Shown here piece by piece: positions 1-7,749 of a DNA stretch of 64,000 nt. The notes beneath the pieces are model-generated. The model was not told where the DNA came from. It saw only the letters and a program-made list of their open reading frames with translations, and ran no database searches. The translations under genes were made by a program, and so were the position numbers. Location of the stretch: the NCBI GenBank assembly GCA_002269645.1, contig NIVC01000892.1:1-64000 (forward strand), in the 5' to 3' direction. Within the stretch, counting starts at the first letter, position 1, and every line of letters begins with the position of its first letter. This DNA comes from Macrostomum lignano (Eukaryota).

Positions 1-2
1 TT

Positions 3-254
3 ATTGGTCATCTTTGGCCAAAATTCGGTTTCTCTAGTCTAAAAAGATATGCAGGCTACTATTCGAATTATCTGGTTGGATACGATGCAGAAAATTTCCC
101 ACAAGCAGTTTCTGTTAGATCAGCATCAAAACCAAGGCTTTTTTGTAACATATTTTTTTCGAAAAAGTTTGTTATTATGGGCGTTCAAAACACTCATGAA
201 TTGAATAATATTCTTAACCATGTCAAGGATTTTTTAATCTCTGTTAATAACTAA
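3..254 (+). CDS. TBP (TATA-binding protein)-like ORF, C-terminal 83 codons, 5'-truncated by the window
   Basis: Frame 3 is open from 3 to TAA 252-254: IGHLWPKFGFSSLKRYAGYYSNYLVGYDAENFPQAVSVRSASKPRLFCNIFFSKKFVIMGVQNTHELNNILNHVKDFLISVNN. By eye it matches the TBP repeat pattern YEPELFPGL..KPK..LLIF.SGK.V.TGAK..EE. Confidence 0.65.
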   Translation: MGHLWPKFGFSSLKRYAGYYSNYLVGYDAENFPQAVSVRSASKPRLFCNIFFSKKFVIMGVQNTHELNNILNHVKDFLISVNN

Positions 255-464
255 ACTTAACAAGTAAACAATTGCTGTCAAATCGCAGTTGCGATGCATT
301 CTTTTACAAACATTTTGTCTTTTTTTTATTTACCAATTGTTTTCTCTAATAGTAAACGTGTCAGCTATACCTATAACTAACCAAATCATCATTTTTCTTA
401 CAGCCGCAAATGACAAACCGGATCATCTATTATATTATGCTCGATACGCTCGTTGTCGAGCTAG

Positions 465-1209
465 GTGCACACAATGCCGCGTGCACAATGCCAAATCTGC
501 AGAAAAAAGTTCAGTAATCAAGCCGAGCTGCATGCTCACTCGCATGGTGCTTGTTTTTCACCGCAACGATTACTGACCGGATCGCTGCAAAACCTGATCG
601 AAAACCCACCAGATGGGTGGTCCATCGCTTTGCGCGAGTCAGCTCATCGTGGTCGGGTAAATTTTGTCGAATTTACTCCCACTCTTGAACAACAAGGCAA
701 CAGCTCTGGCGAGTTACTTCCTGGCGAGTTGATTGCGTCTTTAAGAGAACCAATATTTAAAATATTGGAAAAAATTGGCTCACCCAGTTTATTAATAAGA
801 GTCTGCTTTCACTTGAAAGTGACACTATTTCGACCGAAAACAGCAGCAGACGACAACGATGGCTCGAGCAGCGAAGAGATCATTTCGGTCTATTTTAATA
901 CCAACATTGCGACAATATCATTTGATGAGACGATTGCAAACAGTGACATGCTGTTATCTCCCGAGGCCTACAATGACTGGTTCGCACGCGTTATTAATCA
1001 GTTGTTAATAAAAATTGACAATTTTCAATCTCGAGGTAGTAATTGGCAATATAGAGCAATCGAGCAGCTAGACTTGATGCTCTGCGTTTATCGCAAAAGC
1101 CATGCAAGCACACTGTCAACAAATACGTCCCACGGTGGTGTGGGGGCGGGCGGCGGCAGTGGTGGTGGTGCGGCGGTGGTGGTGTGGTGGTGGCGGCGGT
1201 GGTGGTGGT

Positions 1210-1241
<32 letters not shown>

Positions 1242-1376
1242 GCGGGGGAGTCCGGTCCAGTCCGGTCCGGTCCAGTCCGGTCCGGTCTGGTTAAGCAGCA
1301 ATCGTTTAAAGTTCCAGTCTCAATCGGTCGCAAAGCTGGAGCAGTACTGCTTCTAAAGCCGCACAGAGCAGTTTAA
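465..1376 (+). CDS. Maverick C2H2 zinc-finger / GSxW-domain protein (resembles the pPolB-associated N-terminal region), probably degenerate at its 3' end
   Basis: Finger CQICRKKFSNQAELHAH; motif IDNFQSRGSNWQYRAIEQLDL; GC-rich simple repeat at 1133-1290; an in-frame DNLCF motif lies beyond two stops. The track start is GTG, so the true start is uncertain. Confidence 0.6.
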
Positions 1377-1867
1377 AGCATCAAGACTATTTAAGAGTCT
1401 TACACAAGCGACAACTTGTGTTTTCGCGCATGCAGTCCATTCGTTCTCGAAAACAGAAAGTTTTTTTTGATGCAACAAAGAAAACTTGCACTAAGCTTCT
1501 TCGATACGAAGCGATCCTGGACAAGTTCAATTAATTCGCTACCCTTTGGACACTGGCACTTGGCTAATTAATTAACAATATGCTCTGATCTCTTTTGTTG
1601 TACAAAGTAATAGCATGCTATAGAAGACTGTAACCCATCATTAATTTTTTCATTGATCATTATTTACAATAAATAAATGATACCGGCATTCGTTTAAATT
1701 ATAATTTTAGCACTTTTTTAATTGTGTTTAATTATTTGAAAAAGTATATTTTTTATAGTTAGATTCTCAAGACTAAGCTTGTGTTTGTAGTAGACGTAAA
1801 TGTAGTGCTATCGTTCATGTTTCAAGAAAAAAAACTTTTTTTTAAACTTTCAGCTACAAGAATCGAC

Positions 1868-2350
1868 ATGAATCCCGAGCAGCAGCAGCAACAACAACTA
1901 ACTGATCGTAAGCTTTTAGTTGAACGTCTATACGATTCGGCAACGATTCCGACCCGAAAAACTGTCGGGTCGATCGGGTATGATCTTTGCGCTGGCGTCG
2001 ATGGTACCATTCCGGCCTACGAGTCCCGGAGTGTGCGAACCGGACTCAAAATTCGCTTACCGCCTGGTACCTATGGCAGGATAGCGGGACGTTCCAGCAT
2101 GGCTCTGCACAGCTTATTTGTTGGCGGTGGCGTAATCGACCCCGACTATACTGGTGAAATCTGTATAGTCTTGTTTAATTACAGTCCGGAAGACTTTGAG
2201 TACTATGCCGGGCTCAGTATTGCACAACTGGTTCTGGAGCAGGCCGTGCTTGCTTCAGTCTATGTGACTGAAGCAGACAATTCGATTCGGATGATTGAGC
2301 CGCCGACCAAGCGGCGCGGCTTTGGCGGCTTTGGCAGCACTGGCCAATAA
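1868..2350 (+). CDS. dut: Trimeric dUTPase (viral accessory gene)
   Basis: All five motifs present: GYDL, GRSS, GVIDPDYTGEI, IAQL and RGFGGFGSTG; ATG at 1868. Confidence 0.95.
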   Translation: MNPEQQQQQQLTDRKLLVERLYDSATIPTRKTVGSIGYDLCAGVDGTIPAYESRSVRTGLKIRLPPGTYGRIAGRSSMALHSLFVGGGVIDPDYTGEICIVLFNYSPEDFEYYAGLSIAQLVLEQAVLASVYVTEADNSIRMIEPPTKRRGFGGFGSTGQ

Positions 2351-2444
2351 GTATAATAATAATAATAATAAACTGATTTTTTTCTTTGGTGATTGGTGCA
2401 CTATGCGAGAGCTTTGTAAATACTATAAGCAATTTTAAAAATTT

Positions 2445-2888
2445 ATGCCTAAAATATATGTTGTAAAAATGTCTCCAGCGAAAGATCGAGGTTTTAAAAA
2501 GAAAAAAAAGAGCATTCGTAAAAAGAAGAAATCTATTAGAAAGATTAATAAAAAGCAACAAGGTTATGGTGTCGTAAATTGGTTAATTAATCATTTACCA
2601 TTTGAAGCACATTTACCCGGCGGATATCAGTTTTGTGGTCCAGGTACGCAACTGCAAGCTAGGCTAGCAAAAGGACAACGAGGAATTAATCGGCTTGACA
2701 ATTTGTGCATGCTTCACGACGTGGCCTATGATAAAAATTCTGACGTGCAAGAGAGGTTAAAAGCTGATAAGCTATTAGAATCTGGTGCACGAGAGATTGC
2801 CCACGATCCGTCTACTGGTTGGAAAGAAAAACTAGCTGCGAAGTTGGTTACCAAGGTTATGCAAGTTAAGCAACGCTTTGGTGCTTGA
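2445..2888 (+). CDS. Parvovirus-VP1u-like phospholipase A2 protein with Lys-rich N-terminus
   Basis: Ca-binding loop YQFCGPGT, catalytic HDVAY, downstream AD; N-terminal KKKKKSIRKKKKSIRK. Confidence 0.9.
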   Translation: MPKIYVVKMSPAKDRGFKKKKKSIRKKKKSIRKINKKQQGYGVVNWLINHLPFEAHLPGGYQFCGPGTQLQARLAKGQRGINRLDNLCMLHDVAYDKNSDVQERLKADKLLESGAREIAHDPSTGWKEKLAAKLVTKVMQVKQRFGA

Positions 2889-2890
2889 AA

Positions 2891-3601
2891 ATGCAGCAGC
2901 CATACAATATGCAACTAGCTCACGATTCTACATTTATTATTGCTGGACCTTCAAACTCGGGTAAAACTGAATGGACGTTGCGTTTGTTGACTGAACGAAA
3001 AGAATTATTTGATAAAAAACCGTGCCGTCTTGTTTGGTGCCATGGATCAAGTTTGAAACCAGACGATCAACAACGAATTAGAACATGCTGGCAAAAAAGC
3101 GGTCTTGACCCTATTGTTTTTGTACCCGAATTCACACCACAGATGATTAATCGTTTTTTACCACACGATTTGGTTGTTGTTGACGACTTGCAAAGCGAGA
3201 TTGCTAAGTTGCCAGAATTTACTAGTATGTTTACAAAGCATGCGCATCATATCCCTTTGACTTGTCTGTACCTTTGTCAAGGTCTTTTTAACAAGTCTGA
3301 TCCAGAAGCACGCATGCGAAGTTTATCAGCTAGTTATATTTGTCTAACTCGTAGTGTGCGCGATCGAACCACAGTTGAACATCTCGGTCGACAAATGTAT
3401 CCGCGTAATAGTAGGTTTCTAGTGAATGTGTATGAAGACGCAACAAATAACAAACCTTTTTCATATTTATTCATTGACCTGCGGCAAGTGACACCAGATT
3501 TTTTACGATTGAGAACAGGAATATTTCTGGTGATGAACAAGTTGTCTATACTCGTGAATGTGATGCAAAGTTTGTGTAATATTATTATAAGCAAATTATA
3601 A
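2891..3601 (+). CDS. A32/FtsK-like DNA packaging ATPase
   Basis: Walker A GPSNSGKT, Walker B VVVDDL, plus HH..(L)CQ and RD motifs of Polinton ATPases; probable 1-nt frameshift near 3527. Confidence 0.92.
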   Translation: MQQPYNMQLAHDSTFIIAGPSNSGKTEWTLRLLTERKELFDKKPCRLVWCHGSSLKPDDQQRIRTCWQKSGLDPIVFVPEFTPQMINRFLPHDLVVVDDLQSEIAKLPEFTSMFTKHAHHIPLTCLYLCQGLFNKSDPEARMRSLSASYICLTRSVRDRTTVEHLGRQMYPRNSRFLVNVYEDATNNKPFSYLFIDLRQVTPDFLRLRTGIFLVMNKLSILVNVMQSLCNIIISKL

Positions 3602-3636
3602 ACTGTTGTCAATATTAGTTTGTGTTTTATTTCAAA

Positions 3637-4632
3637 ATGAGTTTTTACGTTTTTTTGCCGTCAAACGATATCAGTTACGAAACCAACTCGCCTAATGAAT
3701 TTCGAGTGCGACTAACTGAACCAATAAATTTATTGAACGGATTCTTCGAGGTTGCACTAGTTGAATTACTGTGCCATGGAGCAATTACGACGCCAAATGC
3801 TCATCGTGAGCGTCGATTTGAAGTTCCATATTTTGCGGACATTGACTCAATAATACGATTAAAGAAAAACTATTGGGGTCGTGTTTGGGCAGAGGCAGAC
3901 TTGGATGCTTACGTTTCCTGGCAACCGTCTGGTACAGATGAAAAATTTGCCTGGCTTTTACGAAATTCAGGCGAAAAAACTATTGGATTAGAACTACCAG
4001 TTACATTTATGGACGCTTTCAAATTTGACTCTTGGAAGAAACTTTCTGGACTTGTCTCGGAAAAATTATCAAAACCTGCCGCTGGTAGTGTACAACCACC
4101 GGATGGTTCATACTTGGATTTGATAAAAAGTCTCGACAATACTCTAGCGCTAGTACCTGAGAACTATTATGTTTTTTATTGTGTTCTATCGCCTGGTGAA
4201 GCTATACGACTTGTTTCGCATGGAGACTATCTTCGAAAAACGGAAGGAGAAGTGTACATCAAAGTACACCAATATTGGTTGAGAAATCGTGTTTGGCGCA
4301 TTAACAAAACCTACTTGGATGCTGTGCTACCTTCTCCGATGCCTAGTAAAACGGTTTACATGTACTGTTACACAGATATAATCGAGTATCAAGCAGTGGG
4401 AAGTACATCAGTACCGTTGCTTCGAGTTGTGGAACTCCAACAAAAGAAAAACGGAGAACTTATACGCGATAGCAGTGCATTGCAAACACCCTACTACATG
4501 TACTTGAAAACAAATCGACAACAAATTCACGAGATTTCGATTCGACTATCGGACCAGCGCGGAAAACCGTTTAATTTTGATCCGGGAGCACACGTTGTTG
4601 TCGTACTGCATTTTAAACATAGGTCGGACTAA
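3637..4632 (+). CDS. Penton / minor capsid protein
   Basis: N-terminus FYVFLPSN..N...FRV.L..PI.L.G.FEVAL.E; C-terminus YTDIIEYQ.VG....PLLRVV...I.I.L.DQ.G.P..F...VV.LHF. Both are typical of Maverick pentons. Confidence 0.85.
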   Translation: MSFYVFLPSNDISYETNSPNEFRVRLTEPINLLNGFFEVALVELLCHGAITTPNAHRERRFEVPYFADIDSIIRLKKNYWGRVWAEADLDAYVSWQPSGTDEKFAWLLRNSGEKTIGLELPVTFMDAFKFDSWKKLSGLVSEKLSKPAAGSVQPPDGSYLDLIKSLDNTLALVPENYYVFYCVLSPGEAIRLVSHGDYLRKTEGEVYIKVHQYWLRNRVWRINKTYLDAVLPSPMPSKTVYMYCYTDIIEYQAVGSTSVPLLRVVELQQKKNGELIRDSSALQTPYYMYLKTNRQQIHEISIRLSDQRGKPFNFDPGAHVVVVLHFKHRSD

Positions 4633-4688
4633 TTTATAAGCAAAGATTAATTGTGTAATAGAAAATTTTGTGAATTTGTTTTTTAAGA

Positions 4689-5117
4689 ATGAGCGAACTA
4701 ACAGAAAAAGGAAAACAAAATGCTCGCTCATTGTGTCAGTGTGCTTTTTTACTACAAATTGTTTATCGGCTAAAGCATCCAAAGCAGAGAAAAAGTTTTT
4801 TACAAACACTTTCAGAGTCGGAGATACGATGTCTAGTAGACTTTCTGTTTAATATTATTAGTGGACGTATTAAAATTAGTAACTGTAACAAAAGACGACT
4901 TGAGAAGCATCGCAGATATATACGCCAGCTTTTGGAACAGAAGACTCCAATTACTGCAAAAAGGAAAATACTTGTCCAACACGGAGGATTTTTACCTTTT
5001 TTGGCTCCAATTATTGCCGCTCTACCTGCTATAAGCACTGCGCTTGGGATAACGTCTGGAGTAGTTGGTACCGCCGCGGGAGCAGCGAATTTAATACGAT
5101 CAATTCAACGAAAGTAG
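4689..5117 (+). CDS. Conserved Maverick core-like protein with adenovirus pX-like GGFLP hydrophobic tail
   Basis: Basic helical body followed by LVQHGGFLPFLAPIIAALPAI, similar to adenovirus pX (GG.LP.LIP.IAAAIGA). Confidence 0.75.
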   Translation: MSELTEKGKQNARSLCQCAFLLQIVYRLKHPKQRKSFLQTLSESEIRCLVDFLFNIISGRIKISNCNKRRLEKHRRYIRQLLEQKTPITAKRKILVQHGGFLPFLAPIIAALPAISTALGITSGVVGTAAGAANLIRSIQRK

Positions 5118-5127
5118 TAGGAATATA

Positions 5128-5817
5128 ATGCGAACTAACGAGAGTAGTAGTTTTCAACGAATGTATTTAGTCCCTGAATCTGTGTATCAATCTGCATGTC
5201 AAGGTGCAGAGCAAGGATCGTCACCAACTGCTGAGACACCTCGAAAAACTGAAGTTTTAGACGCACCGCAAGATGCTCTGGCAAAAAATATGGTGGAAAT
5301 GAGAGACCAAATGGATAACTTGGACAAGGAAATGGAAAAGGAGCCAAATTACACAGCTCAATTGAAACGAAGCAGATTGGAAGACAAACTTTTAAAATTG
5401 CGCAAAGTCTATCGCACTGGAGACGAGGACAATCTGTCACTTGTTCGCAAAGGGACTACTGTAAGAAGTTCATATGCCAGCGAATCAAGGGAAATTCCTA
5501 AAGTTTTTTTACCACGTTTCGAAGCTCTCGCTCAAAACCTATTTTCGGACATGGACAAGAATGCAGAACCAATGCTGGCTAATTTGACTGATGCCGAGAT
5601 ACAAGATCTCATGGAATATGTTGTTCGAGACAGACCGCTTAAGCGACACGAGACTCAACCGCCTAGTGGACTAAAAACATTTTTAGACTTTCTTCGAAAA
5701 CGTGGAATCGCAGCAAACCAAATCGGGCGTCATGTACGAAACGAGCTAATGTCTGCTCCAAAAACTGTTGCAAAGGAGGATCTTAGTCTGTTTGAAAATT
5801 ATCAAACACTGGCTTAA
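5128..5817 (+). CDS. Uncharacterised Maverick protein (helical/coiled-coil)
   Basis: 229-aa uninterrupted ORF filling the gap between viral genes; RMYLVP near the N-terminus; upstream TATAAGC at 5030. Confidence 0.7.
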   Translation: MRTNESSSFQRMYLVPESVYQSACQGAEQGSSPTAETPRKTEVLDAPQDALAKNMVEMRDQMDNLDKEMEKEPNYTAQLKRSRLEDKLLKLRKVYRTGDEDNLSLVRKGTTVRSSYASESREIPKVFLPRFEALAQNLFSDMDKNAEPMLANLTDAEIQDLMEYVVRDRPLKRHETQPPSGLKTFLDFLRKRGIAANQIGRHVRNELMSAPKTVAKEDLSLFENYQTLA

Positions 5818-5918
5818 TTTGTTTTAAATGTTTTAACAAAATTGATTCGAGCACTATAAGCTTTTTAAAAAGGTTAATTTTTTGTTTATGAAAAATATAT
5901 AGTTTAATAAGACAAACC

Positions 5919-6107
5919 ATGTCATCTATCTTCCAAAAACTTTTGATTCGTCTCTGTGAGTTTTTTTGCATAAAATCTGAATGTGTGCCGTTTCTGGGAA
6001 AGGAGCACAACGAGGATACTGACGGAGATTCGATCGAGGCTTCGTTCTTTTGTTGCAACTGTCAAACGACTAGCATCAATCTAACTGATGATGAAGCGAG
6101 TGCGTAA
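5919..6107 (+). CDS. Possible small Cys-rich viral ORF (62 aa) overlapping the integrase start
   Basis: ATG in good context (ACCATG) 64 nt after a TATAAGC; six Cys and an acidic stretch; no recognised homology. Confidence 0.3.
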   Translation: MSSIFQKLLIRLCEFFCIKSECVPFLGKEHNEDTDGDSIEASFFCCNCQTTSINLTDDEASA

Positions 6108-7248
6108 GGAAATTGAAGAATTTTTTACGGATGCTTTTTTTAACTTGAACAAGCCTACTTCATTTAGTGGTAACAAGACTATACTTGTTCGTGAAGTACG
6201 TAAAAAGTTTCCACAGATTACGAACAAAGTTGCAAAGCGCGAAGTTGATAATTGGGTGCGATCAACAAATGAGCATCATTTATTTCGAAAAACACGACGA
6301 AACTTTCCAACTCCAAAAATTAGTGTGCCACCAGTTGCAAAGTTTCAGTTTCAAATCGATTTGGCAGATTTACCTCAATACAAGACGGAAAATCGAGGTT
6401 ATCGTTACATACTTGTTCTTATCGACTGTTTTACTAGAGTTGTACGACTAAGACCATTGCGTACAAAGAAGCCTTCAGAAGTTAGTCAAGTATTACTAGA
6501 GATTTTTCGAAGTGGTTTTAAGCCTGTTTATTTACAAGGTGATGCTGGTATGGAGTTTCTCGGAAGAGCTACACGTCAAATGCTGAAACAGGAAGGAGTT
6601 CGATTTTTTGTTAGCCAAAGCAATTACAAGGCAAGCATGGCTGAACGATTTATCCGCTCGTTAAAGGAACGTCTATTACGATACTTTCGAGCAAAAAATT
6701 TACCTCGATGGTTTGACATTTTACCGCAATTGGAAGATAATTTCAACTCTAGTCCTCATCGATCCTTGAGTGGAGAAACACCAAAACGGGTAGAGACAGA
6801 CCCGCATTTACAAGGAATTTTGTGGGACAAAATGTTTGCGAAGTCGTACACTAAAAAGAATGAGAATAAATTTAAAGTTGGTGATTGGGTTAGAATTACA
6901 CGACGTCGAGGAACATTTGAAAAAGGATACACTACGACTTGGAGTAATTCAAAATATCGCATTCATCGTGTACACTTGACAGACCCGCCAATGTACGAAT
7001 TAGTGGACCCTGAAGATGGATTTGAAGTGCTGAAAGGAAGGTTTAACCAAGCGGAACTAATGTTGGTAAACGAGACAGATGAAACACCTAATGAAATTGA
7101 AAAAGTTATTGAAACTGATCGAGCGAAAAATGGAAGTCGTCTGTATCTAGTAAAATGGAAAGGTATGCCAATCTCAAGAAGTCAGTGGTTAAACGAAAAT
7201 GATCTTGACGCAAAGACTGCTAAACTATTTTCTAAAGTGTATAAGTAA
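6088..7248 (+). CDS. Retroviral-like DDE integrase with C-terminal chromodomain
   Basis: Catalytic triad in FQIDLADL, LQGDAGMEF and MAERFIRSLK; chromodomain EIEKVIE...YLVKWKG.....QWL.E.DL; ORF intact. Confidence 0.95.
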   Translation: MMKRVRKEIEEFFTDAFFNLNKPTSFSGNKTILVREVRKKFPQITNKVAKREVDNWVRSTNEHHLFRKTRRNFPTPKISVPPVAKFQFQIDLADLPQYKTENRGYRYILVLIDCFTRVVRLRPLRTKKPSEVSQVLLEIFRSGFKPVYLQGDAGMEFLGRATRQMLKQEGVRFFVSQSNYKASMAERFIRSLKERLLRYFRAKNLPRWFDILPQLEDNFNSSPHRSLSGETPKRVETDPHLQGILWDKMFAKSYTKKNENKFKVGDWVRITRRRGTFEKGYTTTWSNSKYRIHRVHLTDPPMYELVDPEDGFEVLKGRFNQAELMLVNETDETPNEIEKVIETDRAKNGSRLYLVKWKGMPISRSQWLNENDLDAKTAKLFSKVYK

Positions 7249-7289
7249 CACATGAATTGGGATTGCATGACGATGAGAAGACTGTTGAA

Positions 7290-7748
7290 ATGGATCCTAT
7301 TTTTGCTTTTTATTCTGGTCCGAATAGATCTGCTGAAGGTGGAGGTGGATCTGGCATTCCTGTTTACGAAGGTTACGGTTTTTTGTCAAATTTGGCGGAC
7401 AGATTGGTGTATCCTGTACTACGCAACGCAAAGAAAGATTTCTTGGATCGTGGTCTGGAGTATTTGAAAAGTGCGACAGCAAAAATTGGTATGGGTCGGA
7501 AGCGTCACTTGGACACAGAATCGAGCGAAGAGATGTTTAATACAACTGCAGTTTCGAGACCAAAGCGAAGGAAAAGAACCAGTGGAGTGGCTATAAGCTT
7601 AGGAAAGAAGAAACGGCAAAAGAAACGACGAACAAGACAGTGTGGAAAGGGACGCGTGAACAAAAGAAAACGCAAGAAGACCGGTGGTATAGGAAAACGT
7701 CGAACTGCTACTGCAAGCAAGAAACTTTTTAGTCTGTTTGAAAAGTAG
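7290..7748 (+). CDS. Basic core protein (adenovirus pVII-like precursor)
   Basis: Gly-rich GxG motifs (EGGGGSG, YEGYGFL), then an amphipathic helix and a very Lys/Arg-rich C-terminal half; immediately precedes the MCP. Confidence 0.7.
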   Translation: MDPIFAFYSGPNRSAEGGGGSGIPVYEGYGFLSNLADRLVYPVLRNAKKDFLDRGLEYLKSATAKIGMGRKRHLDTESSEEMFNTTAVSRPKRRKRTSGVAISLGKKKRQKKRRTRQCGKGRVNKRKRKKTGGIGKRRTATASKKLFSLFEK

Positions 7749-7749
7749 C

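Noticed and set aside
289-576. 95-aa ORF overlapping the C2H2 ORF
   Set aside because: TTG start, AT-rich low-information N-terminus, no motif; likely a shadow ORF.
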